Below, one piece after another: positions 16,855 to 25,148 of a DNA stretch of 32,000 nucleotides. Position 1 is the first letter of the stretch; every line of letters begins with the position of its first letter. This stretch comes from Synechococcus sp. A15-28 (GTDB lineage: Bacteria > Cyanobacteriota > Cyanobacteriia > PCC-6307 > Cyanobiaceae), in the NCBI RefSeq assembly GCF_014280175.1, contig NZ_CP047931.1:930001-962000 (forward strand), given 5' to 3'. Below the pieces are notes generated by a model. It worked only from the letters and a program-made list of their open reading frames with translations. It did not search any database and had not been told where the DNA came from. Position numbers and translations under genes: made by a program.

Positions 16855-18135
16855 TCAGCGATCGGCGTGCACCACCGGAATATCACTCAGCCGGGTGGTG
16901 GCGGTGCGCCCCAGCCGCTCCCGTCGCATCATCCAGCTCGGGTGGATTCCGCAGGCGGCCCACTGCACCGTGCCTCGGCCATAGCGGCGATTGAGCTGGT
17001 CAATCGTCCGCATCAGCTGCTCCCGTCGTTGTTGCTGTTCCTCACTCATCGGCACCAGGAGATGGGACTGGAGCAGTTCTGTTCCCTGCAGGTGCTGCAT
17101 CAGCACCCCCGCCTTCGCCAGCTGCCGGTGTGGCCGGAAGATGCGGTCCACGAGGGGGAGTGCTGCCTCCAGTAGCACGCTGGTGTCGTTGCTGGGCAGA
17201 TCCAGCCGGGTGCTGGCGGCCTGGCTGTAAAAGGCGGGGATGAAGGGGCTGGTGCGGGTGTACACCGTGAGGGCGGCAGCCCGTTGGCGTTGCTTGCGCA
17301 GCTTCTCTGCAGCGCGCACCACATAGGTGGCCACCGCCTGACGCAGTTCCTCCCGTGTCGTGATCGGCCGGCTGAAGCTGCGGCTCACGCAGGTTTCCTG
17401 TTTGGGGGCTGGTGCCAGCGCCAGCGGCAGGCAGGCATGGCCGCGCAGCTCCCGTTGCAGCCTCAACCCCACCACGCCGCACTTCGCCCGCAGTTCACCG
17501 CTGGGCATGTCCCGCAGCAGGCGGGCGTTGCAAACCCCCCGCAAGCGGCACCAGCGCGCCAGTTTGCGGCCGATCCCCCAGACGTCCTCGATCGCGATGG
17601 TCTCGAGCCAGCGATCGGGATCCGTGCCGTGGCCCAGATCGAAGATGCCGGCATGGGCGGGAACCTGCTTGGCCAGGCGGTTGGCCAGTTTTGCCTGGCT
17701 TTTGCTGGCCCCCAGGCCGATGGCGATCGGCAGGCCCAGCTCCTGTCGGACCCGGGCCCGCAGGGACCGGCCCCAGGTCTGCAGGTCACCATGCTTCGGA
17801 CGACGGACGCGCCCGAAGGCTTCGTCGATGGAATAGATCTCGAGTTCTTCGCAGTGGATCTCCAGCAGGCTCATCATCCGCTGGCTCATGTCGGCGTACA
17901 GGGCGTAGTTGGAACTGCGCACCACCACGTTCTGGCGTTCCAGCTCCTGACGAGCCTTGAAATAGGGAGTCCCCATTGCAATGCCGAGGGCCCGGGCTTC
18001 AGCGCTGCGGGCCACGATGCAGCCGTCGTTGTTGGACAGCACCACGACGGGTTTGCCGATCAGGCTGGGGTCGAGGCTCTGTTCGCAGGAGGCGTAGAAG
18101 TTGTTGCCGTCGATCAGGGCGGTGGCAAGGCTCAT
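16855..18135 (-). CDS. umuC: Y-family translesion DNA polymerase V catalytic subunit
   Basis: 'ALIDGNNFYASCE', 'VVVLSNNDGCIVARS', 'YSIDEAF' and 'IEDVWGIGRK' are typical of UmuC. Confidence 0.9.
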   Translation of the reverse strand: MSLATALIDGNNFYASCEQSLDPSLIGKPVVVLSNNDGCIVARSAEARALGIAMGTPYFKARQELERQNVVVRSSNYALYADMSQRMMSLLEIHCEELEIYSIDEAFGRVRRPKHGDLQTWGRSLRARVRQELGLPIAIGLGASKSQAKLANRLAKQVPAHAGIFDLGHGTDPDRWLETIAIEDVWGIGRKLARWCRLRGVCNARLLRDMPSGELRAKCGVVGLRLQRELRGHACLPLALAPAPKQETCVSRSFSRPITTREELRQAVATYVVRAAEKLRKQRQRAAALTVYTRTSPFIPAFYSQAASTRLDLPSNDTSVLLEAALPLVDRIFRPHRQLAKAGVLMQHLQGTELLQSHLLVPMSEEQQQRREQLMRTIDQLNRRYGRGTVQWAACGIHPSWMMRRERLGRTATTRLSDIPVVHADR

Positions 18136-18136
18136 G

Positions 18137-18568
18137 TCAGAGCGGATGGATCACGTGGATGGCCACCCCCCAGATCTGCACGTCACCGCATCGATGCAGC
18201 TCCAGGGGCGGATAGGCGGGATTGGCAGCCTCCAGGCGCAGGCGGCCCTGGTGCTGGGTCAGGCGTTTGAGGGTGAACTCCCCATCCAGCACCGCCACCA
18301 CCACCCGCCCCGGCCGTGGGTCCAGGCTGCGGTCCACCACCAGCAGATCGCCGTGGTGAATGCCGGTTCCGAGCATGGATTCACCGCTGACGCGCAGAAA
18401 AAACGTGCTGGTGGGATGCTGAATCAGCTGCTCGTTGAGGTCGATTCCCACCTCCATGTAGTCATCGGCCGGTGAGGGAAAGCCGGCGGCCACCCGCTCA
18501 CCGGCCAGAGGGAGGGCTAGGCGCGAGCGTCGATGCTGGAGGGGCAGCGGGCCGTGCAGGAACTTCAC
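18137..18568 (-). CDS. umuD: Pol V autoproteolytic subunit (S24 LexA-like peptidase)
   Basis: 'AGFPSPADDY' cleavage-region motif, catalytic 'GESM' Ser and 'FTLKRL' Lys. GTG start. Sits 1 nt upstream of umuC. Confidence 0.9.
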   Translation of the reverse strand: MKFLHGPLPLQHRRSRLALPLAGERVAAGFPSPADDYMEVGIDLNEQLIQHPTSTFFLRVSGESMLGTGIHHGDLLVVDRSLDPRPGRVVVAVLDGEFTLKRLTQHQGRLRLEAANPAYPPLELHRCGDVQIWGVAIHVIHPL

Positions 18569-18581
18569 AGGCCATCATGGT

Positions 18582-18595
18582 AGTACATCTGTACT
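18582..18595. promoter_or_regulatory. Cyanobacterial-type LexA (SOS) box AGTAC-ATCT-GTACT
   Basis: Perfect palindrome 'AGTACATCTGTACT' fits the RGTACNNNDGTWCB consensus reported for cyanobacterial LexA. It lies 14-27 nt upstream of the umuD GTG. Confidence 0.6.
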
Positions 18596-18661
18596 GTAGT
18601 CAGCCTGGTCTGTGCTGGCGTGCCGCCGTTAATTTGTTAATTCAGGTTTTCTCGAACAAAC

Positions 18662-19438
18662 GTGATGGCGGAGGTTGTGCCGTCGGCCCTGGGACAGGCG
18701 TTTTATCTCAGCCCTGAATTTTCAGCTCTGACCGTCGAGACCAGGGATTACAGGCTCCATCCCGTCCTCGGAGGAATCAGCAGCACCCGTTGGCATGCCT
18801 ATCAACGGTTTGAACGGCGCCAGTCGTATCTGGTGGAGCAGTTGGCCAATCAGCCGATGGCAGCGTCGGCGCTTCAGCTGGTCGGTAAGACCGGCGACGG
18901 ATCTGCAGGCCCGGAGCCCCCAAAAAGTTGGGCCATCCAGCGGGTCCAGTCGAAGAAAGCGCGTTTGAAGGAGCAGGGCGTCCTGGAAGGCCAGCGCGGT
19001 CGAAATCGGCTGATCGGCAGCCGTGGAGACGATGTCCTGATGGGCTGGGGCGGACGAGATGTGCTGATCGGGGGACGGGGAGACGACCTGTTGTCCGGTG
19101 ATGCAGGAGCCGATGTCTTTCGCTTTCGTCGGGGCGATCGTCGCGGTCAACAACCCCACACCGACACGATCGTTGACTTCAATCCAGAGCAGGGGGATCG
19201 CCTCAAGATCGCAGGCGTCCGTCGGGATGTCGGAATGGAGGGGTTCTCCGGTCAACCGGGGGAGATTCAGGCCATGGTCTTGATGGCTGATGTGCTGAAT
19301 GACGGGGAGGGCAGCCTGGAAACCTGGAGAATTCAGGGTGTGACCCTGGCCATTGATGACGATGGGGATCAACGCGTCGATGGTTTGATCGAGCTGCCGG
19401 GACTCGGCGAGTGGCGGACGGACTGGATGATCGTTTGA
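18662..19438 (+). CDS. RTX (hemolysin-type Ca2+-binding) repeat protein
   Basis: Tandem nonapeptides 'GSRGDDVLM GWGGRDVLI GGRGDDLLS GDAGADVFRF', then the 'DTIVDF..EQGDRL' region usual after RTX blocks. Divergent from umuD. Confidence 0.75.
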   Translation: MMAEVVPSALGQAFYLSPEFSALTVETRDYRLHPVLGGISSTRWHAYQRFERRQSYLVEQLANQPMAASALQLVGKTGDGSAGPEPPKSWAIQRVQSKKARLKEQGVLEGQRGRNRLIGSRGDDVLMGWGGRDVLIGGRGDDLLSGDAGADVFRFRRGDRRGQQPHTDTIVDFNPEQGDRLKIAGVRRDVGMEGFSGQPGEIQAMVLMADVLNDGEGSLETWRIQGVTLAIDDDGDQRVDGLIELPGLGEWRTDWMIV

Positions 19439-19471
19439 GAGGGGCTCGGCTCAGGTCCTGTTTTCGGGAGG

Positions 19472-19885
19472 ATGCACGATTCCGATCCCAACGGCATGGC
19501 TGACGCTCCATACCTGGTTGCTCTGGCTCTCTTCGATCAAGGCGGCAAGCGCGCCATGCCACTGGCCGGCAAGTCCCAGACTGAAGTGGTCGCAGAGGGT
19601 GAGGCGCCGGGATCGCTCGGCAAGGAGCTGGCCCTGGATCTGCTGCTGCGGGTGTGGCAGCGCAGCGATGAAGGTCCCCTTCAGAGGGCAGCGGCGGCGG
19701 CGAGCCTGCTGCTGGTGGAGTTGCCGATGGAGCGCCTGCCGGAGGACCTGCCGCAGATTAAGGCCGGCTGGCTCAGCAGTGGTGACACAACCACCTGTCT
19801 GAAGGCGCTGCAGCGGATCTCGTCCAGGGCCTGGAGAGTGTCCAGCGAAAAGTTCAAACCGGTGGCGCTGACGCCGATGTGGTGA
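19472..19885 (+). CDS. Hypothetical protein
   Basis: 137-aa ORF in the high-GC backbone. Its 3' end overlaps the convergent gene by about 32 nt. No motif recognised. Confidence 0.4.
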   Translation: MHDSDPNGMADAPYLVALALFDQGGKRAMPLAGKSQTEVVAEGEAPGSLGKELALDLLLRVWQRSDEGPLQRAAAAASLLLVELPMERLPEDLPQIKAGWLSSGDTTTCLKALQRISSRAWRVSSEKFKPVALTPMW

Positions 19886-20456
19886 GGGGCTCCTGAGCCC
19901 AGATGTTCACGGCCACGGAGTAACGCTCCCCTTCAAAAGCATTTATCCGGTGCAGCAGTCCGGGGGAGAAGAGCACAAGGCGGTTACGCACCGGGGGGAT
20001 CGAGATCACGGAACGGAACTGAGGCAACGGACCCGTATGGCCTGTGGGGATGGGTGGGTTGTCCGCCAGCAGCAGCTCCCCACCGACGCAGCTCACATGG
20101 GGATAGAAAACTGTGGACAACAACGGCAGCACATAGGCGCCGCTGCGCCGCCCTTCAATCTCGTCCTTGTCGATGTGCCAGTCGAGATCGTTGTTGACGT
20201 TGCACCACCACTCCACCCCAGCCCGCTGGGTACAGAACGGATTGGTGACAGGCAGTAAATGGTCGGTGAGGAAGCGCTCCATCAGCTGTCGCTGCTCGGG
20301 AGCATGGATCGAGCGCATGGTGCGTCCATCGTCAGCACGCCAGCTGAACAGGGCGTCACCGGGATGGATCTGCTTGAGCTCCCCATGAACCAGGCAGAGC
20401 TGCCGCAGGGCCCCCAGCAGATCCGTCGGAAGCAGGTCGTCGACCACGTGCAGCAT
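19854..20456 (-). CDS. Putative 2OG-Fe(II) oxygenase superfamily protein
   Basis: 200 aa. Possible HxD...H triad ('WHIDKD' ... 'LLHRI') followed by 'ERYSVAVNIW'. Assigned from motif only. Confidence 0.5.
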   Translation of the reverse strand: MLHVVDDLLPTDLLGALRQLCLVHGELKQIHPGDALFSWRADDGRTMRSIHAPEQRQLMERFLTDHLLPVTNPFCTQRAGVEWWCNVNNDLDWHIDKDEIEGRRSGAYVLPLLSTVFYPHVSCVGGELLLADNPPIPTGHTGPLPQFRSVISIPPVRNRLVLFSPGLLHRINAFEGERYSVAVNIWAQEPLTTSASAPPV

Positions 20457-20460
20457 CGGC

Positions 20461-20895
20461 TCAGGCGCGGTGGTAGGGGCTTCCTTGCAGGATCGCCTGG
20501 GCGCGGAACAACTGCTCGATCAGCATTAACCGGGCCAGCTCATGGGGGAAGGTCATCGGCGACAGGCTCAATTGCCACTGGGCACCCTGCTTGAGAGCCG
20601 GGGTCAATCCATCGGCGCCACCAATGACGAAGGCGAGCCGTTGATTGCCAAGCGTCTCAAGACGTTGCGCGAAGGGGATGGATCCGACAGCAACCCCCTC
20701 TTCCATCAAGGCGATCAGATGCTCATCCGATCGGAGATTGGCGCGGATGGACTCCGCTTCCTTGTCGGGCGTGCTGTCTCGGATCTCGATGATCTCCAGT
20801 CCGGGAAGACGTTTGCAGTAGAGCGCGATGCCGTCCTGAATCCAACCGCGGCGGACTTTGCCCACGGCCAGGATGCGACAACGGGATGGGTTCAA
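20461..20895 (-). CDS. rlmH: 23S rRNA (pseudouridine1915-N3)-methyltransferase, SPOUT family
   Basis: 144 aa. 'RILAVGKV', 'VIGGADGL', '[24 protein letters not shown]'. Confidence 0.9.
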   Translation of the reverse strand: MNPSRCRILAVGKVRRGWIQDGIALYCKRLPGLEIIEIRDSTPDKEAESIRANLRSDEHLIALMEEGVAVGSIPFAQRLETLGNQRLAFVIGGADGLTPALKQGAQWQLSLSPMTFPHELARLMLIEQLFRAQAILQGSPYHRA

Positions 20896-21314
20896 GGGTT
20901 GTCCTCGTCGTCCTCCAGCAGCAGCTGGCCAAAGGCCACGTAGAGACTTTCCTCTTCACTCCCAGGTGTGACCTTGGCAGGTTTTGGGCGCGTGTTCTTT
21001 CCTTTGCCGGAACTTGCCTTCGGCAGCGGCGGAAGCTCCTGGGCCAGGCCTGACCGGCTGCCTTCGGTTGATGGCTGGGGGCTGCGCTTGGCCTCCAGTT
21101 GTTTCAGCCGGGCCATGAGGTGTTCCGGCACCGTTCCGTCCTCACTGACCTTCATCAGTTCGCGGAACAATTCCTCAGGGTTGTCCTCGGTTTCCACCTT
21201 GTGGCGCACCTGCTGTGCCTTCGGGCTCGCGGGCGGTTTCGGTTCTGGCAACGCTTGGGGAAGCGTCCGGCCGAGCTCGCGCAGGCGATCCAGGCTGCGG
21301 GGGTCGAAACTCAT
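20892..21314 (-). CDS. Hypothetical protein (Pro/Lys-rich, acidic C-terminus)
   Basis: 140-aa ORF whose stop overlaps the rlmH start by 4 nt. Confidence 0.55.
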   Translation of the reverse strand: MSFDPRSLDRLRELGRTLPQALPEPKPPASPKAQQVRHKVETEDNPEELFRELMKVSEDGTVPEHLMARLKQLEAKRSPQPSTEGSRSGLAQELPPLPKASSGKGKNTRPKPAKVTPGSEEESLYVAFGQLLLEDDEDNP

Positions 21315-21318
21315 CGGA

Positions 21319-21825
21319 TCAACTGCAGCCGAGGCTGTCCCGGGTGGACCGTCCGGTGACCGGATTCGTGCCTTCTGCGACCGAACACAGACTCTTGAGT
21401 TGATCGCCCCGCATCGGAACGTCGGTGAAATCAGCTCCGCTGATGATCACGTCCACGAAGCGGGTGTTGAAGGCGAAGGCTCCTTCCAGAACGGCGTTGG
21501 ACAGGTTGGTGCCCGTCATCACCGAGGCATCCAGGGTGGCCTCCCGAAGATCCGTTCCACTCAGGTCTGCATCCTGAAGCTTGGCGCCGTAGAGCGATGC
21601 CCCCCTCAGGTCTGATCCGGACAGATTCGCCTCGCGCAGGTTGCTCAGGTTGAAGGTGGCGCCGCGCAGGTCTTTACCGGAATAGTCCGCCCCGATCAGA
21701 ACCTGCTTGGCCACGTCCATGGCTGCACTGACTCGAGCGGGAGCAGTCAGGACAAGCAGCAGTCCGAGGACTGCAACTCCAACAAGAGACAACAGGCGGG
21801 AACGCATCCGAAGCACCAGTGACAT
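21319..21825 (-). CDS. Pentapeptide-repeat protein with signal peptide (thylakoid-lumen type)
   Basis: Start placed at internal Met (21825, alternative 21807), which gives the signal peptide 'RSRLLSLVGVAVLGLLLVLTAPARVSA'. Long A(D/N)LXX run: 'ANLSGSDLRGASLYGAKLQDADLSGTDLREATL'. Confidence 0.8.
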   Translation of the reverse strand: MSLVLRMRSRLLSLVGVAVLGLLLVLTAPARVSAAMDVAKQVLIGADYSGKDLRGATFNLSNLREANLSGSDLRGASLYGAKLQDADLSGTDLREATLDASVMTGTNLSNAVLEGAFAFNTRFVDVIISGADFTDVPMRGDQLKSLCSVAEGTNPVTGRSTRDSLGCS

Positions 21826-21880
21826 CGAAACCTTAATGGTCTTGAGCAAGGGGGAATGCTTCAACGACTTTGCTGATGGG

Positions 21881-22066
21881 ATGCCAATGGAGACGCAAGA
21901 CCGCGGCGCTCGGGCAGAAAACAGAGTGTCGTTTCTTTTGGAGCGAAAGGGCTGGCAATTGCTGGAGCGCAACTGGAGCTGCCGCTGGGGTGAGCTCGAT
22001 CTTGTGCTTCACAGGAACGAACGTCTGCTTGTGGTGGAAGTGAAGGGGCGCCGTTCCTTGAATTGA
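21881..22066 (+). pseudogene. yraN: Truncated YraN/UPF0102-family endonuclease gene (N-terminal half only)
   Basis: 'ENRVSFLLERKGWQLLERNWSCRWGELDLVLHRNERLLVVEVKGRRS' is the family core. The ORF stops 2 codons later, so the usual ~50-aa C-terminal half is missing. Composition changes at this point. Confidence 0.6.
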
Positions 22067-22127
22067 CTAGTCATAGCAGGCAGTTTGTGGAACTTTGTAC
22101 CGTTTTTGTGGCCAATTGTGCGAGGTT

Positions 22128-22370
22128 TCAGCGCCAGATCCTTGCGACGACCCAAGCAAACACCGAGCACAGAACGGCAAACAGGATCAATGGGATGGCC
22201 CCAGCCACCACCGTGGTGACCAATGGAGGCGCGCTGGAACTCAGATCCCAGAGCAATGACCTCATGCCTTCGCTCCTCACGCACCAGACCGGCAGGAGGA
22301 ACATCGACGGCACAAATAAGGCCGACAGAAATGCGGTGACGGCGATTCGCTGTGGTCTGGTCATGCCCAA
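22128..22370 (-). CDS. Hypothetical small membrane protein (2 TM)
   Basis: 80 aa with two clear hydrophobic helices. Preferred over the overlapping + strand ORF 22063-22374, which has an implausible composition. Confidence 0.4.
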   Translation of the reverse strand: MGMTRPQRIAVTAFLSALFVPSMFLLPVWCVRSEGMRSLLWDLSSSAPPLVTTVVAGAIPLILFAVLCSVFAWVVARIWR

Positions 22371-22408
22371 ATGATGGCTAAGGCAGATGGGCTGGGCTCC
22401 TAAGGCGG

Positions 22409-22753
22409 GTGAAGCCAGACTGCTCTTGGGTCAGCACTTCACCAAGAACGTCGATGATCTGGTCTTGGATTTCATTGGCAGCAGTTCTGGGCTTGATAGG
22501 CGGCTGCGCTTCGTCTCCTACCGATCGAGAACGCTGCATTTCCAAGATCAAAGATCAGCTACGAGATCCAGAAAGCCTGCAGATGATGTCTTATGAACTG
22601 ATGCACGAGGACACGCGCAAAACCGTTTACCGGCTTGACTACAACGCCAAAAATGCTTTCGGCGGCTACGTGGGAAGAAAGTCCTTTGTATGTCGGCTGC
22701 CGAAGTTGCCCGAAATATTGCTGAAGTCAAAACAAGCGAGGCAGGCCGGCTAA
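22409..22753 (+). CDS. Hypothetical lipoprotein
   Basis: GTG 22409 or ATG 22454 as start. 'ISLAAVLGLIGGC' is a lipobox. Confidence 0.55.
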   Translation: MKPDCSWVSTSPRTSMIWSWISLAAVLGLIGGCASSPTDRERCISKIKDQLRDPESLQMMSYELMHEDTRKTVYRLDYNAKNAFGGYVGRKSFVCRLPKLPEILLKSKQARQAG

Positions 22754-22757
22754 GCGC

Positions 22758-22967
22758 ATGAGAAGGCTCGTGCTCCTCCTGCCGCTGATCACCCTGCTGA
22801 CTGCCTGTCAGTCGAAGAGGGAGATCTGCGCCAAGTGGGGCGCTGAACAGTTTAAAACTTATGCTGAAGCGGCTGAAAGGCTTGGGATCAAGCTAGACCC
22901 AGAAAATGAAGGGCGGGATGATTGGTACCAGATAAATACTTTCTGCAGTTACTACAGAAGCAATTAA
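22758..22967 (+). CDS. Hypothetical small lipoprotein
   Basis: 69 aa. 'MRRLVLLLPLITLLTAC' is a textbook lipoprotein signal. Confidence 0.6.
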   Translation: MRRLVLLLPLITLLTACQSKREICAKWGAEQFKTYAEAAERLGIKLDPENEGRDDWYQINTFCSYYRSN

Positions 22968-22983
22968 ATACTTTTCACCTTCG

Positions 22984-23445
22984 TTAGGAATCGTCAAGTA
23001 ACTCGGCAATAATCCTTTGCGCTGACTCCTCTTGGTCAGCTCCAATCAATTCCTCAAGAACCCTCGCAGCAACTTGTAGACCACCATTCACTGAGCTGGT
23101 GTCGTACTTCTCTGCAGCATCCTCTTCACCGGTGTAAGTCTCCCCGTTGCCGTAAAACTCGTAGGAACCTGAGGTCAGGCTCCAGCCTGCGGTCCAAGTG
23201 CACTCAATAAAGCTCTTGTCTTCTGCGATGAAGACTTCCGCTGTGGGTTCTGCTTGGACTTTTGCTGACGCGGTACCTTTCCAGCCCATGCAGACCAAGG
23301 CATTGACTCTCTCGAAATCACGGTTGCCGGGATGCGCTTGTAACTCTGTGAAGTCGAAGTCAGTCAAATCGAGCTGAGGTAATTCAAAGACTCTGCTTAG
23401 AATAATTCGATCACGTTGGGCATTAGCTGTCCTCAGCCAGCTCAC
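22984..23445 (-). CDS. Hypothetical acidic protein
   Basis: 153 aa, GTG start, coding-like codon pattern. No motif recognised. Confidence 0.55.
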   Translation of the reverse strand: MSWLRTANAQRDRIILSRVFELPQLDLTDFDFTELQAHPGNRDFERVNALVCMGWKGTASAKVQAEPTAEVFIAEDKSFIECTWTAGWSLTSGSYEFYGNGETYTGEEDAAEKYDTSSVNGGLQVAARVLEELIGADQEESAQRIIAELLDDS

Positions 23446-23454
23446 TCACGCAAC

Positions 23455-23492
23455 CACCGCCAGAACCTTCCCAGCACGCCGTCAGGGCAGTC
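23455..23492. repeat. 38-bp perfect direct repeat, copy 1
   Basis: 'caccgccagaaccttcccagcacgccgtcagggcagtc' is identical to 23878-23915. Confidence 0.95.
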
Positions 23493-23562
23493 ACGCAGTC
23501 ATCATCGACACATGTTTGGCTGGAAAACCATGAGATACTCAACTTCCTCTTTCTATCAAGCA

Positions 23563-23865
23563 ATGGCTAAGGGTTACTGGAATCTCTCAGGCGCCGTAAC
23601 TAACCCAGAAGGGATGGGTCCTTACCTCCAAGCTGTTGAGCCTTACCTGGCGAAGTTCAATGCTCGCTTTCTTTGCAGAGATCTCAAAACCGATGTTCGT
23701 GAAGGTGACGCAGGTCACTTGACCGTGATCATCGAGTTTGAATCTCTAGCTTTAGCCAAGGCCGCTTACGACGCCCCTGAGTACCAAGAGATGCTGAAGC
23801 TCCGTCAGCCTCACTCCAAAGTCTCACTGTCAATCATTGAGGAAGGCGATCACGCTGGTCACTGA
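23563..23865 (+). CDS. DUF1330-family protein
   Basis: Start at internal ATG 23563. 'MAKGYWNLSGAVTNPEGMGPY...KFNARFL...VIIEFESLALAKAAYDAPEYQEM..LR' matches my recollection of DUF1330. Confidence 0.75.
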   Translation: MAKGYWNLSGAVTNPEGMGPYLQAVEPYLAKFNARFLCRDLKTDVREGDAGHLTVIIEFESLALAKAAYDAPEYQEMLKLRQPHSKVSLSIIEEGDHAGH

Positions 23866-24071
23866 TTACCCCGAAGACACCGCCAGAACCTTCCCAGCAC
23901 GCCGTCAGGGCAGTCCCGCACCACACACCGCTGCTGCATTTCCTTGCAGTGCTGTAAGTCGATCTCTTCGGGTAGCGGCGCATAGCCCGACATCCAGACG
24001 TTGATCTGCCGATCCCAGACACCACGGTTATTTAGCATTGAAGTAAGCCAGTCGATGTAGTCGCGGTTCAT
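23859..24071 (-). CDS. Hypothetical 70-aa protein
   Basis: Coding-like codon usage. The C-terminus runs through repeat copy 2. Confidence 0.5.
   Translation of the reverse strand: MNRDYIDWLTSMLNNRGVWDRQINVWMSGYAPLPEEIDLQHCKEMQQRCVVRDCPDGVLGRFWRCLRGNQ
23878..23915. repeat. 38-bp perfect direct repeat, copy 2
   Basis: Identical to 23455-23492. On the minus strand it encodes 'DCPDGVLGRFWR' at the 3' end of ORF 23859-24071. Confidence 0.95.
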
Positions 24072-24107
24072 CTGTCGCCTGTTTGTGATTAAGGCGGGAC
24101 CGGCTCC

Positions 24108-24320
24108 TCAACAACCGGCCACTGTTGGAAGCGCAAACTCCAGAGTGCTCCGCTTCTTGCGGTGCTCCCCATGAGAGTGCTTTGAGGAGAGGTGCAGCAG
24201 GTTTGATGCCTTGGTCTCATCCTCCACCTTGGTGAGTCGGTTGACCAGGTTCCAGGTGTCTTGAGAAGACAATTCGCCGTCGTCGCCCCACTTGAGCGAT
24301 GAGAGGTCAGTGGGGGACAT
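24108..24320 (-). CDS. Hypothetical 70-aa protein
   Basis: GC3-rich codon pattern. Preferred over the overlapping 24089-24376 frame. Confidence 0.4.
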   Translation of the reverse strand: MSPTDLSSLKWGDDGELSSQDTWNLVNRLTKVEDETKASNLLHLSSKHSHGEHRKKRSTLEFALPTVAGC

Positions 24321-24364
24321 GGACGTAGGTTTTGGGGCATCGAACCTAAGAGGTTGAAAACCAT

Positions 24365-24391
24365 AAAAGTCCCCACTACGAAAGGACTTTT
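24365..24391 (-). terminator. Possible intrinsic terminator hairpin
   Basis: 'aaaagtcc'/'ggactttt' 8-bp stem with an 11-nt loop. On the minus strand it is followed by ATGGTTTTC, about 108 nt downstream of the 24499 stop. Confidence 0.35.
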
Positions 24392-24498
24392 ACTAAAGAA
24401 ATAATGAAGAATGGTTCCTAGTGATACCTATTGGGAGGGATTGATATTCACAGCGGCATAATCTGGTTGCCGTGCTTGAAAAAGATCGTCATCTATTT

Positions 24499-24813
24499 TC
24501 ATTGAAAACTATTGATCTGAGTATCTGTCATGCCTTTAACCTGTTGGTAATATTTCAAAATCTCGCTTTCGTGATCTTCTAGACAAGATATTAAGGGTGC
24601 TAATTTCTTATTCATCTGGTTATAAAATCTTAATCGATTGCGCTCTGCCTCGACTCCTGGGTAAGTCAATGCCATGCCATTAAATCTTTTGATCTGATCC
24701 ACAACGCTGTGAAATGATTGTGCGTAAGAAGCACACGAATCGGGGGCTAGAGGTCTCGTCATCGAAGGACTAGCAATCAAGAGTAAGGGAATGGCGACCA
24801 AGACGTTTTTCAT
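24499..24813 (-). CDS. Hypothetical secreted protein
   Basis: 104 aa. Signal peptide 'MKNVLVAIPLLLIASPSM'. AT-rich. ATGA overlap with the upstream ORF. Confidence 0.6.
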   Translation of the reverse strand: MKNVLVAIPLLLIASPSMTRPLAPDSCASYAQSFHSVVDQIKRFNGMALTYPGVEAERNRLRFYNQMNKKLAPLISCLEDHESEILKYYQQVKGMTDTQINSFQ

Positions 24814-25040
24814 TCTTGCTCTTGATCGGGAACTCGACTCACTAGGGCGGCGAGAGATATTAATCCTCCGGTTATCACTATCAGGGCACTTGCCTGGTCT
24901 CCCGTTTTGGTGATGCCAATCGCAAGCATCAGACCTGATGATGCGAATAGAGCAGACCTAATCCACTTGTTTTTAATATGCACTGACAAGTAATTAAAGG
25001 GTGAAGGTCTAATCAGTGAGGAAGACCTCGCATCATCCAA
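24810..25040 (-). CDS. Hypothetical 2-TM membrane protein (TTG start)
   Basis: The stop overlaps the next start (ATGA), which supports translation. Only a TTG start is available. A 30-codon hydrophobic ORF (25013-25105) lies just upstream in another frame. Confidence 0.4.
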   Translation of the reverse strand: MDDARSSSLIRPSPFNYLSVHIKNKWIRSALFASSGLMLAIGITKTGDQASALIVITGGLISLAALVSRVPDQEQE

Positions 25041-25148
25041 GACTCATACATAAAGATGAGAAGGAAGAAGAAGACAATTCCGATGACCAGTAGTTTTCCG
25101 TTCATTCCCAATCTTCTCTTTCCCAAGGCATAACGACGTTGCACTGAT

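Noticed and set aside
22272-22284. 'gctcctcacgcac', which resembles the conserved ACUCCUCACAC motif of cyanobacterial Yfr1 sRNA
   Set aside because: It is not an exact match: the first base differs and there is an extra G. It lies inside a plausible membrane-protein ORF, and I saw no flanking pair of stem-loops.
22063-22374. 103-aa + strand ORF considered as a frameshifted continuation of yraN
   Set aside because: The translation ('ELTSHSRQFVELCTVFVANCARFQRQ...') does not resemble the YraN C-terminal half. The minus-strand 2-TM ORF explains the region better.
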